Below are positions 41,375 to 51,700 of a stretch of DNA of 64,000 nt, piece after piece (position 1 is the stretch's first letter; each line of letters begins with the position of its first letter). Source of the DNA: a virus (taxonomy: Duplodnaviria > Heunggongvirae > Uroviricota > Caudoviricetes); IMG/VR virus record IMGVR_UViG_3300032167_005013; one strand, given 5' to 3'. A program made the translations under genes and the position numbers. The notes below the pieces were generated by a model. The model worked only from the letters and a program-made list of their open reading frames with translations, ran no database searches and was not told the origin of the DNA.

Positions 41375-42184
41375 TTAAAAATCAAAAATATTCTTAAGAC
41401 TGTTTAATTCAGCCATATCATCAAAAGATTTAGCGATTTCATTCCAATCCGATATACCATCAACATCGGCTTTTGTTATCTGATATTTAGGATTATCCTC
41501 GCCATTATTGTCATCTTCAACACTATAATTCTCAGGAGCCACATTCTGCCAATAGTTTTCAATTGACTGATTAAATGGGGCTGATTTCTGTTGACGAAGA
41601 CTCATCTTCTCTTCAGCATTTGGGGCGCGACGTTCAATCTCCTGTTTAAGGGATTCAATGCCCTGATTATTTGCTTCAACCTTATCTTGAAATTGAAGTA
41701 TGAGGTTTTTCAGGTCTTTCAGTTCGTCAGAAACCCTTCCAACACCTTTAGCAGTCTCTTTCTGATAACCCGTAAGAGCATCTATGTCAATGACCTCGTC
41801 GCCATCTTCCATATCTTCAATATCCTCATCTTCCTCCGGTTCTTCAGTAGAAACATCTTCACCGCCCTGAGGATTCAGACCTTCAACACCCTGTTCGCCT
41901 TCAGCACCACCCATTTCAGGAGTCTCAGCACCTGTCTGTGGAGCAGGAGCATTTCCCATTGGACTTGTTGATGCAGCATCAGCCATATCCATACCGCCCA
42001 TCGGGTCATTTCCACCCTCAGCACCGCCCATTGCAGGGTCAGCAGGGGCTGCAGGGGCGGCACCGGCCATAGGGTCCTCAGTAGGGTCCGCCTCAGTGAT
42101 TCTTGTTGGAGCAATTGCCTGTGTATACTCCATTATTCGATTAAATCTATCTCTATAATCCGCTTCAGTCAATATCTTAGCCAT
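41375..42184 (-). CDS. Acidic, low-complexity protein with coiled coil (269 aa), possibly scaffold/internal head protein
   Basis: P/A/G/E-rich disordered N-half, heptad C-half. Confidence 0.65.
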   Translation of the reverse strand: MAKILTEADYRDRFNRIMEYTQAIAPTRITEADPTEDPMAGAAPAAPADPAMGGAEGGNDPMGGMDMADAASTSPMGNAPAPQTGAETPEMGGAEGEQGVEGLNPQGGEDVSTEEPEEDEDIEDMEDGDEVIDIDALTGYQKETAKGVGRVSDELKDLKNLILQFQDKVEANNQGIESLKQEIERRAPNAEEKMSLRQQKSAPFNQSIENYWQNVAPENYSVEDDNNGEDNPKYQITKADVDGISDWNEIAKSFDDMAELNSLKNIFDF

Positions 42185-42348
42185 TAGTCATTAAGTATTT
42201 GACGATTATCTTCAGTAAGAACCACTTTTGATGACTCTGTACGTTCAATGAGGCCATGGTTATTCCTAACCCTATTGATTCGGTTAGGGTCAATACCACT
42301 AAGAGCATTTACAAGTTCCTCAGCCTGTTTCAATTTATTCTCGTCCAT
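42184..42348 (-). CDS. Small hypothetical protein (54 aa, MDENK...LTEDNRQILND)
   Basis: ATG 42348 preferred over the track start; TAATG-coupled to the downstream gene. Confidence 0.6.
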   Translation of the reverse strand: MDENKLKQAEELVNALSGIDPNRINRVRNNHGLIERTESSKVVLTEDNRQILND

Positions 42349-42577
42349 CTTCTTCAACTTTTTCTTCTTTATCTTTGTCCACCTTTTCACTCTTTTTAGG
42401 TTTACGTTTAACCTCAACGGGAGTTTCAATAACAGTGGGTTCAATTTTTTCTACATTTATGTCATTTGTTATCACAACAGGTTCAATAACAGTAGGCTCA
42501 GCACTTCGTTTTACCATTATTCTACTGTCAAACCTATCTTGACGAACATTTCTTGCTTTTTTCGAAACATAAAGCAT
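42335..42577 (-). CDS. Small charged hypothetical protein (80 aa)
   Basis: ATG start 18 nt downstream of a TATTTATA motif; repeated (I/A)EPTVIE. Confidence 0.55.
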   Translation of the reverse strand: MLYVSKKARNVRQDRFDSRIMVKRSAEPTVIEPVVITNDINVEKIEPTVIETPVEVKRKPKKSEKVDKDKEEKVEEDGRE

Positions 42578-42595
42578 AACTGCACAATATTTTCA

Positions 42596-42603
42596 TATAA
42601 ATA
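42596..42603 (-). promoter_or_regulatory. TATTTATA candidate late promoter heading the bS21 operon
   Basis: 18 nt upstream of ATG 42577. Confidence 0.65.
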
Positions 42604-42624
42604 TCAGTTAAAACAAGAAAATAA

Positions 42625-43224
42625 TCAAGTATTTGCGTAACAAAACATTGCTGCAATTATAATATTGTTGTCTTCAAAGAAAATTTTCTCTTCTTCAGTT
42701 AAAAAACTGTTTTCTGTTGTAACATTTGTAAATCTTTTTTTAATCAAACTATATATTTTCTTCTTTTTCACCCCAACATATTCACAATCATCCAAAGAAA
42801 TACCCAAAACCCTTTCACCATATGCGATATATAATGTCTTTTCTGTGAAATAAAAAGATTTTGGAGTATCATCTTGTAAAAAACGCAAAAAACCACGAAA
42901 TTTCTTCCTCGAACATGTCAAAACATTGAAAAATGTGTATTTTATTGTCTTTTTAAGACGTTTTAAAACCTCTTTTTTGAAATTTTCAATATCACGTTCA
43001 TTGTCTGAACGTTTCTCAGTTGTTGCAAATGTCCAAAATATATTATCACTCGTAATTCTCTCAATGTAATCCAATTTTTCAGTAAGCATAACCTCAGCGT
43101 TAGATACACCAATCACTAATGTAGGCAGAGATTTATCAACACCATCCAACGTATCAGATAAGTTAATAAACCTGTTGAACCTATATCTCTCTAATTTTGA
43201 AATTATGTTTCCTATATAACGCAT
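42625..43224 (-). CDS. Hypothetical protein (199 aa)
   Basis: ATG start; own host-type promoter, TTTG (43279-43282)-N19-TATTTTTG (43252-43259). Confidence 0.7.
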   Translation of the reverse strand: MRYIGNIISKLERYRFNRFINLSDTLDGVDKSLPTLVIGVSNAEVMLTEKLDYIERITSDNIFWTFATTEKRSDNERDIENFKKEVLKRLKKTIKYTFFNVLTCSRKKFRGFLRFLQDDTPKSFYFTEKTLYIAYGERVLGISLDDCEYVGVKKKKIYSLIKKRFTNVTTENSFLTEEEKIFFEDNNIIIAAMFCYANT

Positions 43225-43285
43225 AAAAGACTATTTTCACAAAATTTTCTGCAAAAATAGTCTCTTTTTACTAAAACACAAAAAG

Positions 43286-46200
43286 TTATTTCAAAAAACT
43301 TGTGAAAAATTTCCCAAAACCCCATTTTTCTTCATTAGTTGTCTCATCAGCAGATACCGTTTCGCTATATACCTTAGGGGACATCTTCATGAAAAAGTCA
43401 TCAATTCCATCAGCATGTAATTTAGCGAAAAATGCAGCCCCACCTTTCGAACCTAAAAATCTAACACCATTGGTATTCGTATGGAATACATTCTCAGTAA
43501 GGACTGTAGGAGCAAGAGAGTATGTTGTTGGTCTAATGCCCTTATACGATTCACTGAAAACCTTAGGTTCGGAGTAAACACGAACGTTACCAATCTCATT
43601 ATGTTGCTTGAACGATAACTCCCCGAAATTCTTAGCAGCAGCGGAACCAATACATTGGGCCAAGACAGTACTTACATCAACATGCGGCGCTTCCTTATAT
43701 GCGCTTAAATAACTTATATACTCTCGCGACTGTCGATAAACAGACCAATAATTAGCATCATTCATCGTCTCACCATTACCCGCAGCATTACTATGTATTG
43801 AAATCAATATGCAATTACCATTCTTTTCACGATATATATTGTTCACTATTGGCAAAAAATTGGTAATAGAATCCGCGTCAACGCCTTTTGATGAAACAAT
43901 TCTTACATCAGGATAACCTCGCGATTCAAGTTCCTTTTTAAGTGCATCAGCAATCTTTCGATTTCCCCAATACTCCCTATATCGGCCCGTACCTTCCCCA
44001 TTGATACCAAGTCCATCGACAAACGCTCGCGAACCATCTGTTTTCTTGGCTCTCATTGTACCATCAACATCCAAATCCGGGGTAAACTCTTCCGTCCCAC
44101 CCCAAACATCAGCCGCATCTATCTTTGGCGACTGTTTTCCTGACGTTTTCATATCATGCCCCGCATCAATCATAATTGTGGTATCATACTTATTGTATGG
44201 TATTGACGTAGCCACAGGTACTGAGTTATCACTAATTGTTGAATATACCTCAATCTCACCATGGTCACCTATTTGCGAATCAACATTTGTTGATTTCAAT
44301 GACGTAATATTAGCATCCTTCTTGGAATCAAGTTCAAAACGATTCTTGTTTATCCTAACACCTTCAAAAGAAGTCGTCATCCCATTCTTGGTGATATTAT
44401 GTTCGACATGTATTATGAAATAACCGCCTTTAAATAACGGTATGTTATTCAATTGGAAGTATGTCATTGGCATAATCTGCACATTACCCATCATTTCAAC
44501 TTTACATGTATACGACTTAGTTGCATATACATCAAAAATATCATGAGCCTCAAAACCAAGAGCATTAGCACCTGAATTACCCTGTTGTGATATAAGAAGT
44601 TCAGACATCAACGAATGGGCAGTTGCTTTAGGATTATCCATACCAACAGAAATATCCTTAAAAAATCTTTGTGTTGACAAACCATAAGTTACACCAAAGA
44701 CGGGGACGTCATTCCTATTATCATCATCGTCATATTTCCTAACAAAGTCATTCGTCTGCATAAGGAAATCGACACCGTCATCATCATACCCATTATAAGC
44801 CGCGGTATTGTTCAAGTGTTCCGAAGGTTTATGAGAATATACACCAATATAAGTCGTCACCATTGCACTATCATCTACCGCCATATACGGATATGGAGTG
44901 AATACTTCTTTCATCTTTTCAAGACTACTAAGATATTCATATGTATTGACAGGCAAGGCACATAAAGTGATATTACTAAACTTACAAATCTCATATATGA
45001 ATGAATATACGGACATTTCAGAAGAACCATCCATAATTTTTCTAATGAGTTTGCTCAATTCTTCAGGATTTACCACATAACTCTTTTTAATATCACTGTA
45101 ATGGCTATCATAAAACACAAAATTATTTATATCAACCTTATAATTTTGCGCAGAGCCACTATTACCAGCAGACCTTATTGCACCAAATTTCCATCGGTCA
45201 TAAAGTTCTTTCAACGTCATATACGTGGCCAATTTCTTATCACGAGAACCATAAGTCTCTCCATTTCGCAATACAGTACTCTCAGTATTCTCTATTTCCC
45301 CACAAAGCGATTTTATCTTGTCTATGAAATATTTTACGGCATTTTCACCTTTTTGTTGATTTTCACTGTCTCCAATAACAGACATTCCCAATATACAGTC
45401 GCTACACACTTTTTCCTTTTTACCCTTTTTTTTACCCTTTTTTTTACCCTCAGTATTGAAAACCGAATTCTTTTTTCCATGAAGATTAAAAATAACAACA
45501 TCTTCTTGGAAGATTTGCTTCAAAATATCTTTAGCAGCATCAGGTAAAATATATAAGTTATATTTATTTTTTTCACTTACCCTATTTTTTTCCGTACATA
45601 AATCAACTATTTGCTTTAACTTACCATATAATTCATTGGCAAATTTTTCATAAAGTGAATCCTCACTTCTAAAATATTTTTCCAACGAACCATAAGTAAC
45701 ATCTTTATTATATTCACCAACATACCCAAAATAAACAAAAAGAAGTTTCGGCATCTTAAATATACCATGATATTGAATATCTGTCATTCCTGAAGCATTT
45801 ATATCCCCTTGTGGGTATATGTTACCGGAATTTATCATTCCCAATTGCGTGAAAAATTGTCTAAACAATTCTTTTCGTTCTATATTACCATTACGACCTG
45901 CCCTTACTACTTTTACATTCGTAATAAAATCAATATCCGCTTCTTCAAAACCAGCATCATTAGGGTAGTATTCTTTTAAAACCATTCTTGTATATGGAGC
46001 AAAAGATTGTACTAAATTAAAATTAATGTCCTCTAAAAAAGAATCGATTTTTCTAATATTTGAACCATCATTTCCGTAACGCCATACCTCACTATCACTA
46101 TAGTCCCATGGGTCCCATTTTGTATATTCCCATTCATTATCTTTGTTTTTGGTTTTTAATATAAAACCAGTATTATTTCTGTCTCTTTTTACATCATCAT

Positions 46201-48421
46201 CGAAATACCCATATTTCCTTTGAAATATCTGAGGAAAAACATTCGAATAGCCATCAAGATTTCCATTCTTGGAATTAATCCAACCCATGACATTATCCAT
46301 TCTCATGTCATAACCGTTAATCTCAAGCTGACTACATTCATCACTCCACACATTTTTTTCACCGGCTGTTAAAATTTTTTTTCCACGGCCCGTGTCAATA
46401 GTGTCTTTATCATCATTATGATATACCTTATAATCTATTGAATATGTTTGGGTACCATCATATGATGCAAGATAGTTTTCAAGATATTCCTTAACTTTTT
46501 CTGTTGCATGGTTAGCATCCCAAACGGACGAATCCTTAAGTATTTTTCTCTTGGATGATTGTGAATTACACATAAAGAGATTTAATGCTTCAACCTCGGC
46601 AAATGTTTTCAATGACAGCGCTGTATCCTCCCCCTGATTGAACATATAGCGAAGGGCTAACCTCTTGGCAAATATCTTCAAAGCCTCAGGAATCTTCCCA
46701 CCATCAGCCTCAAGTGGTGCCCCACTATAAAACACATTATCGCTACCGCCCTCATAAAGGTCAGTCAAAAGTGATGGAATACCACCCTGTGGAAAACCAC
46801 TCCATTTTGTAGAACTATCAAAATCCGCAAGAACATCAGCAGCCCCCTTTGCATATGATGTTGCGCCCTTTACAACATACTCAACAAAATCCCTTTCATC
46901 ATAGTTACTAAGTTGAGGGCTGTCAGCATCGCCAATCCAAATATATTTCTTATCAGATGTTAACATTGGAAATGGCGGCACCGTAAGTTCACGATTTCCG
47001 TGTTCCCTACAATCAGTATCATAATGTATTTCAGTAAGTTTACGGTTCATGCGATGACCATCAATGTTAGTCATGCATCGTTCCATATTCTTATAGAACT
47101 TATCAAGATGTGCAAGAACCATTTCAATCACATTACCGATAGTAGGGTCCCATCCCAATTCATTTGTGAAAATATCTATTATTCTGTTATTTATCGCTTT
47201 TGTATTATTTTCTTCTTCAACAGCAATCGCCTTTGAAATCTCCCTAACCTTCTTCTTATCACTATCATAATTCCATACCAACTTTACTTCAGACTGTATA
47301 TTTACACTTTCAAAATTTTTGGTGTTTATATCAAGTTCCGAAATACGATGAACCACTGCAAACTCATTTTGATTATATAAAGTATAAGCATTTTGAATGT
47401 TTTCTTTGTACAAACAAAGTTGTTTATACGTTGTTTCAACGTTATCATCCTTTACGGTGTTACCTTTGGCGTCAACTGTTTTTCTTTTCAACGTATATAT
47501 TTTTTCAAATTTATCTAACACGCTTTCAGCAATTGTGCATTCATAAACTTCCGAAGTCACCATGTCGTTATGAAGTTTTTCAATTGCCCCATCAAGTTCA
47601 TTAATGAGTTTCTTACATTCACTAATATTTTTACCAACATTTTTACTAACAGTAAGTCCTTCATTCTGGCTTGAATTTTTAATCGCGTTGGTAATCTTAC
47701 CCATGAAATCCGAAAATGTAGGTATTGTACTCTCCCCCTTTATTTCTTTATTGAAATGAAAACTCCCAAGGTCAGAAGATTCACCTCCATAATTGATATG
47801 AGGGGCAATAAGAAGATATTGCATTGGAATATCATTAAGATACCCAAACATGTAACCTATAAATTTAACAACAAACTCAAAATTACCTGTTGCTGAATTG
47901 AAATTTGAACGAACATCTCTTACCGTTAACTTATATGTTACGGGTTTGCCATAATAACCTTTCACAGTCAACTTAAAAATTGGATATGGAAAAGAAAATA
48001 GAGCATTCAAAAATGAACCCTTCTTGTTCCTATCATCCCTACGCGCCTCCATAGGACTCATAAGAGCATTACCCCTAAGGTCAATAAATTTAATATCCAC
48101 CTCAGGAAAATACCATGTATTATACCGTATATTAATGTATTCAATACCTATTGAATCCATGTTTCCCCCATTGTGAGGGTCAAGCGAAGAAATGTCCGAA
48201 TATGAGGTTGTCATATAATCCCCATCCTTATTTCCAAACAAATCAACATTATCAATAATAGTAGTCCATGACCCTACCGTTGTTCCGGTACTACTTCCAT
48301 CATTACTACCCGACAATGGACGGCCCGGCACATCAACCTCTAACCTCACGCCAATGCAAAGGTCTTCATTGTTAAACGGTAAATCATTAGGCTCCAAATA
48401 GTGTACTGTTGTTACATCCAT
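43286..48421 (-). CDS. Baseplate hub-like protein fused to N-acetylmuramoyl-L-alanine amidase (Amidase_3)
   Basis: C-terminal IMIDAGH...REY...ISIHSNA...VLTEN has all Zn ligands and the catalytic Glu. CKVEMMGNVQIMPMTYFQL...GGYFIIHVEHNI is a hub-protein-like motif. ATG 48421. Confidence 0.75.
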   Translation of the reverse strand: MDVTTVHYLEPNDLPFNNEDLCIGVRLEVDVPGRPLSGSNDGSSTGTTVGSWTTIIDNVDLFGNKDGDYMTTSYSDISSLDPHNGGNMDSIGIEYINIRYNTWYFPEVDIKFIDLRGNALMSPMEARRDDRNKKGSFLNALFSFPYPIFKLTVKGYYGKPVTYKLTVRDVRSNFNSATGNFEFVVKFIGYMFGYLNDIPMQYLLIAPHINYGGESSDLGSFHFNKEIKGESTIPTFSDFMGKITNAIKNSSQNEGLTVSKNVGKNISECKKLINELDGAIEKLHNDMVTSEVYECTIAESVLDKFEKIYTLKRKTVDAKGNTVKDDNVETTYKQLCLYKENIQNAYTLYNQNEFAVVHRISELDINTKNFESVNIQSEVKLVWNYDSDKKKVREISKAIAVEEENNTKAINNRIIDIFTNELGWDPTIGNVIEMVLAHLDKFYKNMERCMTNIDGHRMNRKLTEIHYDTDCREHGNRELTVPPFPMLTSDKKYIWIGDADSPQLSNYDERDFVEYVVKGATSYAKGAADVLADFDSSTKWSGFPQGGIPSLLTDLYEGGSDNVFYSGAPLEADGGKIPEALKIFAKRLALRYMFNQGEDTALSLKTFAEVEALNLFMCNSQSSKRKILKDSSVWDANHATEKVKEYLENYLASYDGTQTYSIDYKVYHNDDKDTIDTGRGKKILTAGEKNVWSDECSQLEINGYDMRMDNVMGWINSKNGNLDGYSNVFPQIFQRKYGYFDDDVKRDRNNTGFILKTKNKDNEWEYTKWDPWDYSDSEVWRYGNDGSNIRKIDSFLEDINFNLVQSFAPYTRMVLKEYYPNDAGFEEADIDFITNVKVVRAGRNGNIERKELFRQFFTQLGMINSGNIYPQGDINASGMTDIQYHGIFKMPKLLFVYFGYVGEYNKDVTYGSLEKYFRSEDSLYEKFANELYGKLKQIVDLCTEKNRVSEKNKYNLYILPDAAKDILKQIFQEDVVIFNLHGKKNSVFNTEGKKKGKKKGKKEKVCSDCILGMSVIGDSENQQKGENAVKYFIDKIKSLCGEIENTESTVLRNGETYGSRDKKLATYMTLKELYDRWKFGAIRSAGNSGSAQNYKVDINNFVFYDSHYSDIKKSYVVNPEELSKLIRKIMDGSSEMSVYSFIYEICKFSNITLCALPVNTYEYLSSLEKMKEVFTPYPYMAVDDSAMVTTYIGVYSHKPSEHLNNTAAYNGYDDDGVDFLMQTNDFVRKYDDDDNRNDVPVFGVTYGLSTQRFFKDISVGMDNPKATAHSLMSELLISQQGNSGANALGFEAHDIFDVYATKSYTCKVEMMGNVQIMPMTYFQLNNIPLFKGGYFIIHVEHNITKNGMTTSFEGVRINKNRFELDSKKDANITSLKSTNVDSQIGDHGEIEVYSTISDNSVPVATSIPYNKYDTTIMIDAGHDMKTSGKQSPKIDAADVWGGTEEFTPDLDVDGTMRAKKTDGSRAFVDGLGINGEGTGRYREYWGNRKIADALKKELESRGYPDVRIVSSKGVDADSITNFLPIVNNIYREKNGNCILISIHSNAAGNGETMNDANYWSVYRQSREYISYLSAYKEAPHVDVSTVLAQCIGSAAAKNFGELSFKQHNEIGNVRVYSEPKVFSESYKGIRPTTYSLAPTVLTENVFHTNTNGVRFLGSKGGAAFFAKLHADGIDDFFMKMSPKVYSETVSADETTNEEKWGFGKFFTSFLK

Positions 48422-48423
48422 TA

Positions 48424-48738
48424 TCAAATATTGTTATATGCTTTATAATTTTCAATGTCGCTATCATATCTTGAAAGAGTGATATTAAGAGGGTACGGAA
48501 TTCTTATTTGCGCCTTATCAGGAATCATATATTCAAGAGAACCATACTGAGGATTAGCCTGCATTATCAGCCATGCATAGTCAGGGTCCTTATAATAATT
48601 GTAAGAAAGGATATCCAAACGTGTCTTACCCTTCTCATACACCTCATAATAATCAGTATCTTTTACGGGAATAGGAATGAACGGAGGAAAAAGCGTATCT
48701 CCGTTCACCCTAAATTTACCATATCTATCGTAAGCCAT
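48424..48738 (-). CDS. Baseplate wedge protein (LysM/tail X/gp53-like)
   Basis: TRLDILSYNYYKDPDYAWLIMQANP...IRIP pattern; ATG 48738. Confidence 0.8.
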   Translation of the reverse strand: MAYDRYGKFRVNGDTLFPPFIPIPVKDTDYYEVYEKGKTRLDILSYNYYKDPDYAWLIMQANPQYGSLEYMIPDKAQIRIPYPLNITLSRYDSDIENYKAYNNI

Positions 48739-48778
48739 GTTTTTTAACAAATATAGCGTTTATTATTCAAAAACTAAA

Positions 48779-51700
48779 TTATTGTTTCTTCAACTCAGGA
48801 TTCCAAGTTCTTGCAGCCCTTACTCCACCATTATCATCATAAACCGATATATCACTCCTATTATCATATATTGATGTATTTGCATAGTAGTTAAACGATA
48901 CTGCATTCTGCAGACGCTTAATCGGAGCAGAAATGTCGGAACCACCAATAATGTCAATATTCATTTGAACTTTGGCCATCATAAACTGAACACCAATCCC
49001 ATCAGGGTTAAGGTCCCACATACTGTCAGGATAAGTGATATTCACACTCTTAACAACAATCTTAGTATTCAAGAAATCACCCAGCCTAAGAATACAGAAC
49101 GGCGCTCTTCCAAATGCAAGATTGGCTGCAGTTGTTTTTGTACCCAAATCGGAAGCGGTTACCGTAGGCCCCTGACGTGTACATTGCTGTAAGAACGTTA
49201 ATCGAGCATTAAAACCCTCAGGAGTAATCGAATGATATGCAGGAGAGAAAAACTTCACCTTATCAATAAGATTCGAATATGCAATATCATCATTTTCTTT
49301 AAGCATTTGGAAGAAAAGACGTTCATCATCATATCGGCGATATCGTGTTTGACCTGTAGAAAAACTCTGGAATCTTTCATCAACCCCTTCACTAACAACG
49401 GCATTATCCGATACATCGCTGTTTATATAATCTTCACCAACAACAATCACAACCTTGGCATTCCTATCTTTCTTTGAAATGATGTCGGAAATATCTTTTG
49501 ACTCATCTTGTGGGGTCTCAACGTTTGTTGTGCCTGATGTTGAATTAACTACATCAGGAGCATAACCATTTTCATCAGCACCAAACACAGGTAGAGATTT
49601 TAAATATTTTTTCAATATCTCACCCCTTTGCTTACTAAGGGCATCATTTTTAGACCTTTGGCCATCAGAAGATGCATCTCCCACAATATTAGCCGATTTC
49701 ACTTTAGTCTTTATATCTTTGGACTGCTGATTAAGAACTAAACCAATATATTTTATTCTTTCACTCACCTCATTAATCTTCTCTTCCAATTCCTCACCTT
49801 TCAAGTTCAAATACCTTTCCAAAATAGCGCGTTCACAAGCAAGTACAAAATCAGTATAGGTACCACCACTAATACCATCTTTTACACCTGCAAAAAACTC
49901 ACCAAAACTACATGTAACACTTCCATCACCAACTTCCCGTTTAACCACCTCATAGGTTGAATTAAGGCCGAACGAACGAAGGTCAGCATAATTTGCGGCC
50001 CATGTCAATTGTTCGTTACTCTTATTAGAATCATAAGGGTATTCATATGCTTTTTTATTCTTATCGTTATCATAATCAAGAAATACACTCATTTCATACG
50101 TTCCATTTGCAATAGACCCCTTAACTTCCTCACTCTCCTGCATATGTGTCTTATTCATTTCTGACGCCACAGAACGTACAATGAAATCTTGTTCATCCTT
50201 ATAAGCAAATTGCTTACTACTTTCGGATGCCTGACAGAATTCATAATAATACTGTACCATACAATAATCAGGGCCCTGTGTTGAAAATTCATTTGGGCTC
50301 ATATATACATGATTCTGATAATATGCCGATATAAATTCTTCATTATCTATTTCAGGAAAACTTTCCATTATCTTCTCTTGCGCTGCCACAGTATCAGATT
50401 CTTGAACGCTATAATAAGCGATAAGGTCATCACCTACAAGTCCAAATAATTCTCCAGATTCTTTAAATTCTTCCTTACTACTATATGTCTTGGATATTTT
50501 ATCCAATTTATCCTTCGCCGCTGCGGTATCACTAAATTCAATGACATTTCCTGAAGAATCTTTAATCATATAAGTGGTATCTACCTTCTCACCTTTCTTG
50601 GTTTCAAGACGACCAGTATATGATGATGATTTCTTGAAATCTTTCTTGGTCTTGAAAAGAGGATATGGCACATCACCCGTTATTTCAACTTCAACCACCC
50701 AATATTTCACACCATCATCAGACTTAGATTTAAAAACTTGATATTCAGGTACTTTTATTGTTAAAATATTTTCATCATCCTTAAAATCAGTTTCATTATC
50801 ATAAGTCTTCAAAGTAGCAAGAATATATTTTGCATAAATTTCATCATACTCACCACTAATAAACTCACTATCTTTATTCTCTCTGTACAAATACAAAGGA
50901 TTTGTTTTGAAATATGGATTTGTTCCCGGCACAAATTTATCTTCAATATCTTTAATTGTCTGAGTCGTTGCTGTTGAATTTATATCATTTCTAAGAGTTT
51001 CATTTAACTCTTTCAATTTTTCCTTAGCCGATATTTTTCTATCTTTCTCTTCACTTAACCCCTTAATTTGTTCTTTTTTCTCATCAATTTTACTCCCAAT
51101 CAAAATATATTGTGTTGTGCCACTCTCATAACTAATATGTTCAGTATATAAATTTTCAAGCTCTTCTTCGGCTAAAATAATTTTTTCATCAAGTCCATTT
51201 ATTTCTTCATCATATCTCACAATTGTTTCAGTATTGGCACTAATAATACCTTCTTTTGTCTCTTTATCCGAAACCAACACATCATATGACGCATATGTTG
51301 AACCACTATTCTTGAAATCATCCAAAGAAATGTTGACTCCTCCTTCCATATACATGTCAAGACCGTCAACCTCAGCATCTTCACGTCCTTTTATAGAAAG
51401 CAATACCCAAGGATTTGGGTTTACAAACTCAGTCTTAGTGAATTCCACACTTATCGGGTTATTACCCATTTCATAGCCCAAGAAATATTCAGTGTCGGAA
51501 TCATCAAATTTTACTCCCAATTTATTATTATTTTGCCCACCAAAAAGTCTTTCCAAAACCTGTTCGGGATTATCCATCTCATCAATACCACTATAATTAT
51601 TAGGGAAGAACGTATAAAAGACTATATCAGTATTAGGAGGTATCGGGGTTGTATCAACAGTGCCACCTAAATATGAACCACTAAGTATCTTTTTTATTAC

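Noticed and set aside
48748-48755. Host-type -7 element TATATTTG before the gp53-like gene
   Set aside because: No TTTG at 19-21 nt spacing, and only 9 nt from the ATG.
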